A DNA stretch of 64,000 nt from a virus. The stretch covers positions 1 through 64,000 of the IMG/VR virus record IMGVR_UViG_3300010885_011634. One strand, written 5' to 3'. Positions 37,209 through 47,417 of the stretch are shown in pieces. The translations under genes were made by a program, and so were the position numbers. Numbering within the stretch: the first letter of the stretch is position 1; every line of letters begins with the position of its first letter. The notes below the pieces were generated by a model that ran no database searches, was not told the DNA's origin, and saw nothing but the letters and a program-made list of their open reading frames with translations.

Positions 37209-37652
37209 TTAAGCAAATGTTAAACCAGTCAATGCTACGTTTGTAATAGTAACACTACCCGAACCGCCTAATGCTGCTAAGATCACAGCTTCTAAATTAG
37301 TGTACGAAGTATCTGGAGAACCACTAGTAGCACCGTAAAGCGCACCAGTATCTGTTTTATTAGCATTCACTAGTGCAATGAATTGATTAGCACCAGATGC
37401 TGTTGGAATACCAACATAGTAAATTTCTGCTAAACTTTGTAACGCAAAAACTGCTTTAGACAGATTGCTGTCTGCAACCGTCGGCGTTGTTGTAAAGTTA
37501 TATGCTGAAGAAACAATTTTAATTGCCTGTAGTTTTGGTGTACCAAAACTTGTATACGGTCCAACACCTGCTGAGCCATCACCTAATAATTTTTTAGCAT
37601 TAGTTGTGATAGCTGTGCCGTTAGCGGCATCATATGCGAATAAATCAGCCAT
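37209..37652 (-). CDS. putative virion structural or decoration protein
   Basis: Ala/Thr/Gly-rich 147 aa; AGGAG RBS; followed by a strong terminator. Confidence 0.55.
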   Translation of the reverse strand: MADLFAYDAANGTAITTNAKKLLGDGSAGVGPYTSFGTPKLQAIKIVSSAYNFTTTPTVADSNLSKAVFALQSLAEIYYVGIPTASGANQFIALVNANKTDTGALYGATSGSPDTSYTNLEAVILAALGGSGSVTITNVALTGLTFA

Positions 37653-38347
37653 TATTTTGCTCCTTTAGTTTCTGCTAATCTTTGTAATAGTTCTGCACGG
37701 ATAGCAGCACGTAAGTCTCCCTCTGGCATTGACATTGGATTGTCACCAGCTTGGTAACTGTGTTTATGTTGGCCTTTAGGACGATTCATTCCGCCTGCTA
37801 ATTTGTTAATCATATATTCAGTGTCTTTAACTTCAGGTCCTGATACGCCATCTGGGGCATTGCCAAATGCTTCCTCTTTATCTTTTGGTTCTTTTTCAGC
37901 ATCGTGGTCGTCCATATCGTGGTCACCATCGCCGTCAATATCGCCCATTGCTTTTTGCATAGGGCTACTATCCATATCACCGCCTGGTTTATTATCATTG
38001 TCTGCATCGAAGTCAGGTAACATTTTTAATGGCGGAAGTTCTTGACGATCGGTTGACATTGCTGCCGGAGGAATCATATCAATACTTGGAATTGTCGTTG
38101 GTTCTTTTTGGTTGATCATATCTGGATTAACTTTAGTTAACAGTTTCATCAACTCACCAATGTCATCCATACCTTGCGCATTAATGTTTACACTCATGCT
38201 TGGTGGAGGTGTTTCTTTATGTTCCATTCCCATTGGAGCTGGAGGCATTTCGCCACACTCTTCAACTGGAACATCTGTTATTTGAATTGCTTCTGCTGTA
38301 GGTTGGTCTAACTCACGCATTTTAGCCATTAAATCATTAAAGTTCAT
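37652..38347 (-). CDS. acidic low-complexity protein, possibly scaffold or internal head protein
   Basis: Met/Pro/Asp-rich; DIDGDGDHD EF-hand-like loop; within the late operon. Confidence 0.55.
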   Translation of the reverse strand: MNFNDLMAKMRELDQPTAEAIQITDVPVEECGEMPPAPMGMEHKETPPPSMSVNINAQGMDDIGELMKLLTKVNPDMINQKEPTTIPSIDMIPPAAMSTDRQELPPLKMLPDFDADNDNKPGGDMDSSPMQKAMGDIDGDGDHDMDDHDAEKEPKDKEEAFGNAPDGVSGPEVKDTEYMINKLAGGMNRPKGQHKHSYQAGDNPMSMPEGDLRAAIRAELLQRLAETKGAK

Positions 38348-38348
38348 A

Positions 38349-38912
38349 TTAACTCCCTATGGCGCTTTTAGCACCTTCCTTATTTTGTTTAGTCTTAGGC
38401 AGTTTATATTCACCTTGCCCGTTTTCTTTCTTTAATTGTTTAGCTGTTTTAGCCAAATCTTTTAAGAATCCTTTGTTAAAATCATCACCAAAATAATCTT
38501 TAGTTTTGATTTTTCCTGCTTCTTTGTAGCTTGCATCGTCTAATAATGCTTCACCGCTCGGTTCTGCTGTAGCTAAAATTTGATCTTGTTCTGATGGTTC
38601 GCCAGCGCCACGTACACGGAAACAACTTGCAGGAATGCCCATTTCTTTAATATCATTTGAAATTTCAGGCGATGTAATTGGATATTCACAAATTACTTCG
38701 TAGATTGTTACTTCTGTATTTGGATGATCTGGAAAATCTAAAGGCAATGCTTGGATTGGGGTAGTTTTAATCTTTTCAAAAGTCATAACCTTACAACGCC
38801 CTAATCTTTCCTTTAAGTTTTCTTCAAACTTTTCAGGTAACGGCCCTGCAACTTTAATCTTAAAGTCGTATACTCTTTTGCCTTCGGCAAGATATTGCTT
38901 AAATGTCTTCAT
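38349..38912 (-). CDS. probable internal head protein
   Basis: MKTFKQYLAE resembles the T4 capsid-targeting sequence (MKTYQEFIAE type); TAAATA 5 nt upstream. Confidence 0.6.
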   Translation of the reverse strand: MKTFKQYLAEGKRVYDFKIKVAGPLPEKFEENLKERLGRCKVMTFEKIKTTPIQALPLDFPDHPNTEVTIYEVICEYPITSPEISNDIKEMGIPASCFRVRGAGEPSEQDQILATAEPSGEALLDDASYKEAGKIKTKDYFGDDFNKGFLKDLAKTAKQLKKENGQGEYKLPKTKQNKEGAKSAIGS

Positions 38913-38920
38913 AGTAGTAT

Positions 38921-39403
38921 TTAGTCCTTTTGACCCAATTTCTTAAGTAGCTCGTTGCGATCTGTAATTACATAACCTTGCCCGTTGATAATATCGTTTG
39001 GATCATCGGGTTGATCTTTGTCCATTTTTAGCTTTTTAAGCTGTAAATCCACAGCTTTTAACTTCTTATCTAATTTAGCAGTCTTAGCAGTAATAGCATT
39101 ACCTAACATACTCGATGCCACTTCAAAAATGCGGCCGCTGTAACGCACTTCTACGTTCATACCTAAATCCATTAAATCGTCGTATGCTTGTTCTGCTTTG
39201 GTGGCTAGATGATCTAACTCTTTATCATCAAGATCATCTAATTCTTGGATCTGTGGTAACGTACTAGTTATACGCTGTATCTCTCTACTGGTCTTTTCAA
39301 TGTTATCAACAGCTTCATGAGTAGGTTTTTCTATAGGAGCTGGTTCAGCTTCTACAGGCTTTGATTCTTCTAAATTAAAAAGTTCTTCTAGTTTTTTCGT
39401 CAT
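38921..39403 (-). CDS. putative terminase small subunit (gp16-like)
   Basis: RIFEVASSML...KLKAVDLQLKK...ITDRNELLKKL resembles the T4-like gp16 core; close to terL. Confidence 0.55.
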   Translation of the reverse strand: MTKKLEELFNLEESKPVEAEPAPIEKPTHEAVDNIEKTSREIQRITSTLPQIQELDDLDDKELDHLATKAEQAYDDLMDLGMNVEVRYSGRIFEVASSMLGNAITAKTAKLDKKLKAVDLQLKKLKMDKDQPDDPNDIINGQGYVITDRNELLKKLGQKD

Positions 39404-39410
39404 ACTTTAC

Positions 39411-39851
39411 TTATCTGCGTTTGGCGCCTTGATGGAAAATCTCGCCTTCATTAACTACACGAAACTTTAATCCCTGTTGCTTACACCAAGCATTTGCAGC
39501 TTCCCATTTAGCCATATTTTTAACATACTGCTGTTGGTTATATTGGCTCTTGCCAACTTTTTCTAACATTGTTTGACTTTCAGGTTTAACTTCTACAACC
39601 TCAGCATGTTTGCCACCTGTTTTGTCGCTGTAAACAATGAAAAAATCTGGGACATAAATTGTGTATTTGCCAGTTAACGGATCTCTATAGGGTATTTGAA
39701 TACTTTCACTTGCCCATTTTTCAACACCCTGGTGTTCGTCAAGCATGCGCATAAACACAAATTCCCAACTACTGCGAGCCAGAGGTGTTTTCTTCCCTAC
39801 ATACTTCTCAGGATTTTTCATTTCAAAACGACCCTGTGCAAATTTTGCCAT
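39411..39851 (-). CDS. head completion nuclease (T4 gp4-like, PD-(D/E)xK fold)
   Basis: KNPEKYVG, RSSWE, WASE, IPY, YVPDF, EVKP, NMAKWEAA. Confidence 0.85.
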   Translation of the reverse strand: MAKFAQGRFEMKNPEKYVGKKTPLARSSWEFVFMRMLDEHQGVEKWASESIQIPYRDPLTGKYTIYVPDFFIVYSDKTGGKHAEVVEVKPESQTMLEKVGKSQYNQQQYVKNMAKWEAANAWCKQQGLKFRVVNEGEIFHQGAKRR

Positions 39852-40216
39852 TACGGAGATATATTTCTAGATTGATTTACAACTACATTAGTAGTTCTAA
39901 ATCCTAACGTGCTGGTTGGAGTTCTATTGTTATTTAGAACTTCGCCAACTACTTGACTTAGGCCAAGCCCGTCAAACTGCTCAAGACTATCTAGTATTGA
40001 ATAAATTGGGGTTCCGTCTAATTTTGCTTGTTTTAACAATACTGTAGCTACGACTAATGCTGCATCGTCTTCAAACCCTTTTTTCTTAAAAAAAGATACA
40101 GTACTGTTAACGTCATTAGCATTAAATTCTAATGTTTCCTGACCATAGTTATTAAAAAATAACTTTGTACCTGCTGCGCTATCTTCGCTATTTGTTATAG
40201 GTAAATTAGTTGCCAT
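39851..40216 (-). CDS. hypothetical virion-module protein
   Basis: 121 aa, coupled (TAATG) to the gp4-like gene. Confidence 0.65.
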   Translation of the reverse strand: MATNLPITNSEDSAAGTKLFFNNYGQETLEFNANDVNSTVSFFKKKGFEDDAALVVATVLLKQAKLDGTPIYSILDSLEQFDGLGLSQVVGEVLNNNRTPTSTLGFRTTNVVVNQSRNISP

Positions 40217-40223
40217 GATGGTC

Positions 40224-41312
40224 CTATACTATTGGATTGCCGCCGGCCATTATCTTAGGCGCTGCAATAGTTGTGTCTGTATTAGTTGAACTCTTAGGAA
40301 ATACTGCACCAACTACTCCGCCTACAGTTGAAACTGCGGTTGCTATATTTGCTGGATTACTTAAAATATTGATAGCTTCTTGTTTGAGGCCTTCTTTAGT
40401 AAGAGAATTAAAGTTTTTATAAGTGTTTACAGTTTTAATTGCTGTGCCTAGGAATCCACCAAAACTATCAAACGTTGACCCATTGGCCACATCACCAAAT
40501 ATACTTTCTAATCCGTCAAGCACACCGCCGTCGCCTGTTAAGTTAGCAACTCCTCCGCCTGCAACACTTAGAGGACTTGGTACTGTATCGTAATGTAATG
40601 TTGCAAAACCTTTTGGGCTGTTAATAGTACAGTTACCTGCAGAGTATTTTACAGCTTCGTATTCTAAAGTCATATTACTTTCTAAGAATTCAGTTGCTGA
40701 ATAGTCAACACTACCGTGACTCCATGATTTAATTCTTGGATTGACTAATGTGTATCCTAAAAATCTTCTACGGCTCATTGTATAGATGCTGATAGATTTG
40801 AAAAACGGAGTAGATATATTGTTATCCATACCGTATCTAAAATTATCTAATGGAGTTTTAGTTGAACGTAAATGATTCATGTTGTATGCTGAGGTAGGGT
40901 TATGCCTATCAGCTACATAATATCCGTAATAAATTGCCCACAATGCATTTACAATTCCTGCGCTGTCATCATGTAACGCGATGTTTACAGGTTCATAATT
41001 GAAATTCTTATAGACAATCTTTTTTCTATTATATTGATTTTTAACAATACTGTCAAAATTATACTTAGGCAGGTCTGCTGCCTTAACTAACATTCCAACT
41101 TCGTCGCCGTGTTTTGCGGTAAACGATGGAGCTTTAATTGCTGATTTGTCTAATTCAAATCTAACATAAAATAGAAATTTAGTTCGAGGCGATAATCTAT
41201 AGGTATCGTCGATGAATAGTCTAGTGGCATGCTGCCAGCTACCTACTAGCCCTTTAGGATTAGTAAGTCCGGTACCGACACCAGTAAGAAAACGTGTAAA
41301 TTTATTGGCCAT
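40224..41312 (-). CDS. tail-tube-like baseplate protein (gp48/gp54-like)
   Basis: LVKAADLPK...NQYNRK...YEPVNIALHDD...LVNPRI...TLEYE pattern of the tube fold; adjacent to the tube gene. Confidence 0.55.
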   Translation of the reverse strand: MANKFTRFLTGVGTGLTNPKGLVGSWQHATRLFIDDTYRLSPRTKFLFYVRFELDKSAIKAPSFTAKHGDEVGMLVKAADLPKYNFDSIVKNQYNRKKIVYKNFNYEPVNIALHDDSAGIVNALWAIYYGYYVADRHNPTSAYNMNHLRSTKTPLDNFRYGMDNNISTPFFKSISIYTMSRRRFLGYTLVNPRIKSWSHGSVDYSATEFLESNMTLEYEAVKYSAGNCTINSPKGFATLHYDTVPSPLSVAGGGVANLTGDGGVLDGLESIFGDVANGSTFDSFGGFLGTAIKTVNTYKNFNSLTKEGLKQEAINILSNPANIATAVSTVGGVVGAVFPKSSTNTDTTIAAPKIMAGGNPIV

Positions 41313-41328
41313 ACAATATTTATGTCAC

Positions 41329-41357
41329 AAAAAAACCCGGGGATACCGGGTTTCTTT
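41329..41357. terminator. rho-independent terminator, possibly bidirectional
   Basis: AAAAAAACCCGG-ggata-CCGGGTTTCTTT, downstream of the tube gene. Confidence 0.8.
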
Positions 41358-41369
41358 GATTAAGGTCTA

Positions 41370-42014
41370 TTAACCTTGTGTACCTAAAGCGCCTGTAATT
41401 GCTTGTGTAGCGATCTGACGTCCAACTGCTGCGCCAATACCACCTTCTAAGCTAGTAGCTGTCTTATCAGCACCCCATTGTTCCATATTATCGAAACGAA
41501 TTGTAAGTGCTACTGTTGCTTCTTCATTAGTACCGTATGCTAATTCACCGTAGTCTGCATTTTGTACAAAGCAACCATACAAGTTAATTGTTTCAAGAAC
41601 TTTTGGTGCTAGGTTAGCGTTACCGCCGTCTAGTATTTCTGTTCTCATTGTAAACTTGTAATCAACACCTGAACGTGCAGATGCTTGTTCTAAGAAGTCA
41701 AATTGTTTCTGTATTTGTTGACCAACTAGTTTTTGTACTTCGCCACTTGCATCGTCACGTAGTGTCAATGTAACTGTTTCAAAGTTTGGTTTACCAGCTA
41801 GATATACTTTAGAGTTATAAACATCTAGTGTCATTTCTTCAAAGTTTACCTTTGGTCTTGTTACGTCTTTAACTTGTTTTGTCAATTCAGTTGCTGCTGC
41901 AACGCCAAATCCTAATAAAGTAACACGGAAGCGATACTTAAGTTTTGGCATTAGCAGTACTTGCGTACCGCCTGCGGTTGGAACTGATAAATTATTTAAT
42001 GATGTAATTGCCAT
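41370..42014 (-). CDS. tail tube protein (gp19-like)
   Basis: KYRFRV, VYLAGKP, TLTLRDD, LYGCF, LTIRFDN; directly after the sheath gene. Confidence 0.85.
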   Translation of the reverse strand: MAITSLNNLSVPTAGGTQVLLMPKLKYRFRVTLLGFGVAAATELTKQVKDVTRPKVNFEEMTLDVYNSKVYLAGKPNFETVTLTLRDDASGEVQKLVGQQIQKQFDFLEQASARSGVDYKFTMRTEILDGGNANLAPKVLETINLYGCFVQNADYGELAYGTNEEATVALTIRFDNMEQWGADKTATSLEGGIGAAVGRQIATQAITGALGTQG

Positions 42015-42016
42015 TT

Positions 42017-45000
42017 TTAGATCTCTCCTGTATTCTTGACACGCAATGGAATGTAAATGAACTCAACGGCCTTAACAGGTTCAATTGCGATATCTACCCA
42101 TAGCTCATTACGATCAACCCTTGCTGCTGTGTTGTTAGTTTCATCACACACAACTGCAAAGTCATATAAAGCACGTAAGCCCACTAATTCAAGCAATAAA
42201 CTTTCAACTGCTTGTTTAATTTCATCACGTGTAATCTTATCATTTGGTTCAAAGATATATGGACGAGCTAATTTGTTTAACTGACTACGTAAGTAAACTG
42301 TTAAACGTGCTACGTTGATTCGATCTAATGCACTTGCATTTCTTGCACGAGTTTTTTGACCATAGTTAACTAAACCAACACCATTAAAGAATGTAATTGG
42401 ATTAATTTTTAAGTCATAAAGTGTATCACGTTGACCTTCATTCAGAGCAACTGTTTGGAACTCACCTGTGTTACCATCAATATAACCTACTGATGTTGCA
42501 TTAGTGATGCCGCCACGTCTTGTACCTGCTGGTGCAAACCATGGATAACTTGCATTGTCACTTAGTGCAATAGTTTTCAACATCATATGTGTTGATGGAA
42601 CAACTGCGTTTGAACCACTTAAGTCTGTTGTAAATCCGCTTGGATAAAACACAGCTAAGTATTCATCATATGTAACAATACCCATATCACCGTTATCTGT
42701 TACTAGTTCTGCGTTAGAACCCCAGTTAGTTAATGATGTAGCATCGCTTGGTAAACGTAATGGAGTGTCTGCAATAACAAATGCAGTTACACCACGATCA
42801 ATGTTTAAGTTAACTAAGTTGCTCATTAGCTCAGGATATCCTGGGCAAGCAATTAAGTTAAAGTTACGACGTTCTTCATCACGGATCTCTGCGCTTGTAT
42901 CAACTGCACTCTTAAGTGCTGCTACTACAACACCACGTTGTGCTTTGCGTAAGAATGATCCTGAACCATCTTCGTTATTTGCTGAAGCGGTAACCCAACG
43001 ATCAACTTCTGTGTAAGTGCTCATTGACATTGCAGTAACTACCGCATTACCTAATGGACTGTTTGTAGAGTCAAAACGTTGATTGTCTTCTGTTTGATCA
43101 ATAAAGTTTCTAACATATTTTTTAACGTTACCATCTGAACGACGTAGATTCCATAACAACATACCTTTTGGATATAGTGCTGGATCCGGAGCATCTGGAT
43201 CTAAATAGTTACTGGCTAATAATGTTGCAATTGAAGCTGCTGTATTGCCTGCTGCTCCGCTTGATCCCCAACGTGCATCGGCAAATAAAATGCCGCTTTC
43301 TGTTGTTTGATCTGTTTTATCAACTAATTCCCATTTCTCTGAATTAGGAACTCCTTGGATGCTGCTGTTGTAGCGATAAATTGTTGGGAAGTTTTCTAGA
43401 TCAGCTGTGCTAATCCATAAATCATTATCAACAAATGTTACACCGCCTGTGTATGGATTTGATGCTGATACTGTAGGGCCTGTTGCACTAGTACTTGCAA
43501 AATTATTTGTATATCCAACCCATGTGCGACCGTTGTGTACCATGATATCAATTTCACTAACTTCTGAATTGTACCACATTTGGCCATCTGCTGGAGCATT
43601 ATTTGGAGCCGAGCTTGCTGCTAAGAAATTATCAGCTGCTAATGGTTTCCAGTTTGAAGCTACATATTGCTCACTAGCACTGGCTGGTAGAGCATAGAAA
43701 TTTGCTGTGCCTGTTAGTGCGTCAATGTTGAAGGCTGTATACAATCTTTCTAATGCTGTTAAACTTGCACCACTTGCTGCAAAACGTAACTCACCGCCTT
43801 CCTTGTGTGTAATTACTAATTCATTGTCAGCAGTAACACCTGCTTCTAAGTAACTAGGAATTTCAACTGGATTAGCTGGATCTGAATTATCGTAACCAAA
43901 GTTTGCAATACCGTTAATTGTGTCTGCAATTGTTCTAGGATCATCAACTGTACCAGCAGCAGTAAATGTTAATGCTGTTGATACTAATGTTGCGCTGCCC
44001 GGAATACTTTGTTTAAGCGTCCAAGTCTTGTTACCACCAGCAATTAGATATGAACTTGTAACTGCTTTTGATGTGATCGAAGTTCCAGTGTTAGCACTTT
44101 TTGCTCTGACCCAAATTCTAAATGTTGCTGTTTCTGGTGAAGCATCGTATCTGTTATCTTCTAATGCATTTGTTTGAACATATAATGCACTTTGTTCAAT
44201 GTTTGCGCCACCACCTGAACGATCTAGGTAATATAATGCTGCGTGACTAGAGGCATAAATTGGAGCTGCTACTGAAACCCAAGTTTCTGTTGCAGAATTC
44301 CAACGTTTAACAATCCAACGTGCACCACTGTTTGGTTCTGTTGTCTTGATCCAGACTGATCCACTTGGACGACCGTTTGTTAATGTTCCGCTACCATCAT
44401 CATCGTCATCACCAATTTTGAAAGCTGGGATACTTGTGTGTGGGTTTTGTGTTAATTTAGGACCATGGAATGTTCCTGCTGTTAACCCAATAGCTGATAG
44501 TGACAATGTTCCGGCAGCTACCGTAATAGCATTAGTTAGTGATGAATCGCCATCATTGCCTGCTAAATCACCACCGCCCATTTGGCCAGCATCAGCATAT
44601 AGGTATAGTCTGCTGTTTACGACTCGAGCAGTAACACCATTAATTAACAAACCGTTGATAGTGTCTACTAAGCCGTTTACTGTATTATTTGGTGCCGATG
44701 CTACAGTAACTAATGTACCGTTAATTGTAAAATTACCAGCGGCAATTGCGCCAGTTACTGCTGAACTGCCTTTAATAGTAGGCCAGCTAGCTGCCCATTC
44801 TTGGCTACCAACTAATACCCAATCACCTGCATTAACGGCTGTGCCGCCACCTGCGATTCCGCCGTTTCCTGGGGACTTGTAATAAATTCTGCCATATTCT
44901 CTTGGTGCTGAAAATGTTCCAGGGCCGTCAACTGTTTGTAATACAACAGCATAATCACCAATAGAACCAACTGACTCTTTTGGTGCGTTACTGTTGATGT

Positions 45001-45529
45001 TATCGACATCGTCGTCAGTTAACACCATTGGAATTTTAACTGTAAATTTCTGACCGCCTACTACTGTTGAGGGTGAACCGTTCCACTCTTGGATACCCCA
45101 AGCTGTAGAAGTTGTGTCTACCCACCATTGGCCATCGTCTGGATTTGCTCCCGGGGCTGAAGCCGAAGCTTCTAATTGTGTTAAATCAACATCAGCCCTA
45201 ACGATAAATGCTGCGTTGCTAACTCCTAGCAAACTGTAAGCTGCTAGTAGTCCGTATTCGTTTCTTTCGCCGCCATGCACTGGATTTGTAGATGCTGTCT
45301 TTTCAAAGAAAGGTACACCAAAGTAATCTACTAGATCTTTTTGGCTTGTCATCTTAAATGCTTTTCCAGCATTTGCTTTAGTAGTCGCTGTAGCAGTGCC
45401 GGTGCCTGCTGCGTTTGTTTTATCTTGTCCTGATGCTACGACGATAAGAGGTGTTGTACCTGGTTCTGCAGGTGTGTATTGACTCTCGTCGATTACCGTA
45501 ACTTGTACTCCGGGTGATTGTAGTGCCAT
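42017..45529 (-). CDS. tail sheath protein (gp18-like), 1170 aa
   Basis: N-terminal SPGVQVTVIDES; C-terminal PWFAPAGTRRG, RDTLY, INPI, ALDRINVARL, FEPND, IEPVKAVEFIYI. Confidence 0.93.
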   Translation of the reverse strand: MALQSPGVQVTVIDESQYTPAEPGTTPLIVVASGQDKTNAAGTGTATATTKANAGKAFKMTSQKDLVDYFGVPFFEKTASTNPVHGGERNEYGLLAAYSLLGVSNAAFIVRADVDLTQLEASASAPGANPDDGQWWVDTTSTAWGIQEWNGSPSTVVGGQKFTVKIPMVLTDDDVDNINSNAPKESVGSIGDYAVVLQTVDGPGTFSAPREYGRIYYKSPGNGGIAGGGTAVNAGDWVLVGSQEWAASWPTIKGSSAVTGAIAAGNFTINGTLVTVASAPNNTVNGLVDTINGLLINGVTARVVNSRLYLYADAGQMGGGDLAGNDGDSSLTNAITVAAGTLSLSAIGLTAGTFHGPKLTQNPHTSIPAFKIGDDDDDGSGTLTNGRPSGSVWIKTTEPNSGARWIVKRWNSATETWVSVAAPIYASSHAALYYLDRSGGGANIEQSALYVQTNALEDNRYDASPETATFRIWVRAKSANTGTSITSKAVTSSYLIAGGNKTWTLKQSIPGSATLVSTALTFTAAGTVDDPRTIADTINGIANFGYDNSDPANPVEIPSYLEAGVTADNELVITHKEGGELRFAASGASLTALERLYTAFNIDALTGTANFYALPASASEQYVASNWKPLAADNFLAASSAPNNAPADGQMWYNSEVSEIDIMVHNGRTWVGYTNNFASTSATGPTVSASNPYTGGVTFVDNDLWISTADLENFPTIYRYNSSIQGVPNSEKWELVDKTDQTTESGILFADARWGSSGAAGNTAASIATLLASNYLDPDAPDPALYPKGMLLWNLRRSDGNVKKYVRNFIDQTEDNQRFDSTNSPLGNAVVTAMSMSTYTEVDRWVTASANNEDGSGSFLRKAQRGVVVAALKSAVDTSAEIRDEERRNFNLIACPGYPELMSNLVNLNIDRGVTAFVIADTPLRLPSDATSLTNWGSNAELVTDNGDMGIVTYDEYLAVFYPSGFTTDLSGSNAVVPSTHMMLKTIALSDNASYPWFAPAGTRRGGITNATSVGYIDGNTGEFQTVALNEGQRDTLYDLKINPITFFNGVGLVNYGQKTRARNASALDRINVARLTVYLRSQLNKLARPYIFEPNDKITRDEIKQAVESLLLELVGLRALYDFAVVCDETNNTAARVDRNELWVDIAIEPVKAVEFIYIPLRVKNTGEI

Positions 45530-45635
45530 TCCCTATTCTCCTGGTAATAGTTTTGCTCAAAGTATTTACCAGTATATTGTAAAAATGCCCTGTTATAGTA
45601 CAATATAAAGGGGCTGAAAAGGCTTAAATATTAAT

Positions 45636-45971
45636 ATGAGACCGCTTTGTAGGTGCGGGCAACGACCCCGTGCAGTTAATTATAAAAAAGGTGACAAAGT
45701 TTATTATAGATCTTTGTGTGAAGTCTGCATGGCCAATGGGATATATTACGGAGTGCCTCGTTGGGTACGTGCTGGATACAAAATAAAATCACAATGCGAT
45801 AAATGTGGATTTCAATCGCAACATAAAGAAGTGTTTAGAGTGTTTCATATTGATGGCGACTTAAACAACTGTCGCCATTCAAATTTGAAAACTGTATGCT
45901 CTAATTGTGTTCAGATATTAAGCAAGGAAGGGATCAACTGGCGCCAGGGCGATCTTATTGCTGATTACTAG
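45636..45971 (+). CDS. Zn-binding HNH-like protein
   Basis: CRCG...CEVC, CDKCG, HIDGDLNN...NLKTVCSNC. Confidence 0.7.
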   Translation: MRPLCRCGQRPRAVNYKKGDKVYYRSLCEVCMANGIYYGVPRWVRAGYKIKSQCDKCGFQSQHKEVFRVFHIDGDLNNCRHSNLKTVCSNCVQILSKEGINWRQGDLIADY

Positions 45972-46574
45972 GTCTTTAGCTTGGGTATATAAATCGTCAA
46001 TTGAACTGTTATTATCAACGATAACATCAAACCCACATCCTAACCAAGCCCATTCGCTAGCGTGTATACCTCGTAACTTCATATCGTTAAGCCCAATGTT
46101 ACTGCCGCGATTAGCTGATATAGCACTATCGTACCAATCAGGTAATTCGCCACGCTTTACCCATACAATGATGCCGCCAGCTTTTTTAATAGCATCAATT
46201 TCGTTAGGGAACCGACAATCACTGATTACTACATGGTCTTTACTATTGCGGAGTTTATTTTCTAGGCTTGCGATCCAGATATCATCATGGAAACTTTTAC
46301 GGGCAACTTCTGTGCCCCAATATTGTAAGACCCATCGTGGAGTAAGTGTTGGCATTGCTAGGCGTTCCGCCCACCATGGATCTACTTGTTCTCGCCATTC
46401 ACGGGCTTCTTTTGTACGACCTTCAAGCAGCGTTCTGTCCCAGCCAAATACTGCGGCAACAGCATCTTTTAATGTTGATGCAAAGCTCTCTCGTCTAAAT
46501 TCGTGGAAGTTAACTAGATAGTCAGCGACTGTATCTTTGCCGCTGCCAATAAAACCGCAAATACCTATAATCAT
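45918..46574 (-). CDS. deoxynucleoside monophosphate kinase (T4 gp1-like)
   Basis: IIGICGFIGSGKDT, TPRWVLQYWGTE, ISDCRFPNE, HASE. Confidence 0.9.
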   Translation of the reverse strand: MIIGICGFIGSGKDTVADYLVNFHEFRRESFASTLKDAVAAVFGWDRTLLEGRTKEAREWREQVDPWWAERLAMPTLTPRWVLQYWGTEVARKSFHDDIWIASLENKLRNSKDHVVISDCRFPNEIDAIKKAGGIIVWVKRGELPDWYDSAISANRGSNIGLNDMKLRGIHASEWAWLGCGFDVIVDNNSSIDDLYTQAKDLVISNKIALAPVDPFLA

Positions 46575-46593
46575 AAATGTCTCCTATAAGACT

Positions 46594-46622
46594 ATTATAT
46601 TATAGATTTATTGCAATGTCAA
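46594..46622 (-). promoter_or_regulatory. sigma70-type promoter of the dNMP kinase gene
   Basis: Minus strand TTGACA-17 nt-TATAAT, then an AGGAG RBS. Confidence 0.75.
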
Positions 46623-46628
46623 GACTTT

Positions 46629-47384
46629 TTAGCCAATTACCCAACCCCAACCTTGGGTAGTAATACCTGTTTTAAGATCTTCCATTAGCTTTTCCATTTC
46701 TGCTGTAGCTTCGCTTTTCATCGCAGCACCATTTAGTGCGCTACCGCCTTGTGGGCCTGCAATTTGAGCAAATTTCTCACGTGCTTGTCCAAGCATCATT
46801 TTGCAGTTGGCTAATGTATAGTCTTTAATCCATTGACCCGCATAGGTATCATCAATAATAGCAAAGTCTGGTTTAACATTGTAAACTAAAAGCATTACTG
46901 ATTCTTCACCCCTAGGACGCTGGTGAATTGTTAATTTCTTACTTTGTGGATTCCAATTGAAGTTAATAAAGCTACCAAACATTTTGCCTACTAACTCTTG
47001 GTACCCTGCAAATAATTCGTAAGTTAGTAATCCGCCCATATTTGTTGAACTTAACAAATAGGTGTTGGTGTAGGCCATGTTAAATGGTTCAAATACTGTA
47101 CCACCTGTTCCGCCACCTGTGCGTGATCCAATACTGCGTCGATATATCTGACGAACTTGTTGAATTTCTGCGGGCAATATATATTCGTTAGTATCTGTTA
47201 AAAGATTTAAGAATATATAGCTTTCTTCTACAGCGTTATCACTTCGCTGACGGAATACGGCTAACGCCCGTGTTAGTGCAGTTTCATAGTGAACGGGGTC
47301 TAATTCTACATCAACCATGCCATCACCTAGCATAGCTTTACAGTAGTCATAAACGCTTTGTTTTGAAGTATCTAATTGGCTCAT
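46629..47384 (-). CDS. neck protein (T4 gp13-like)
   Basis: LGDGMVDVELD, WIKDYTLA, GQAREKF...GPQGGSALNG, terminal IG. Confidence 0.82.
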   Translation of the reverse strand: MSQLDTSKQSVYDYCKAMLGDGMVDVELDPVHYETALTRALAVFRQRSDNAVEESYIFLNLLTDTNEYILPAEIQQVRQIYRRSIGSRTGGGTGGTVFEPFNMAYTNTYLLSSTNMGGLLTYELFAGYQELVGKMFGSFINFNWNPQSKKLTIHQRPRGEESVMLLVYNVKPDFAIIDDTYAGQWIKDYTLANCKMMLGQAREKFAQIAGPQGGSALNGAAMKSEATAEMEKLMEDLKTGITTQGWGWVIG

Positions 47385-47417
47385 ACTGTTATTTATCGTT
47401 GCGGTAAATATATAACT

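Noticed and set aside
44346-46521. Long + strand ORFs (44346..44882, 45958..46521) and many other 60-115 aa antisense ORFs in the track
   Set aside because: They lie entirely opposite well-supported genes, lack RBS/promoter context and have no recognisable motifs; they are best explained as antisense shadows of codon bias
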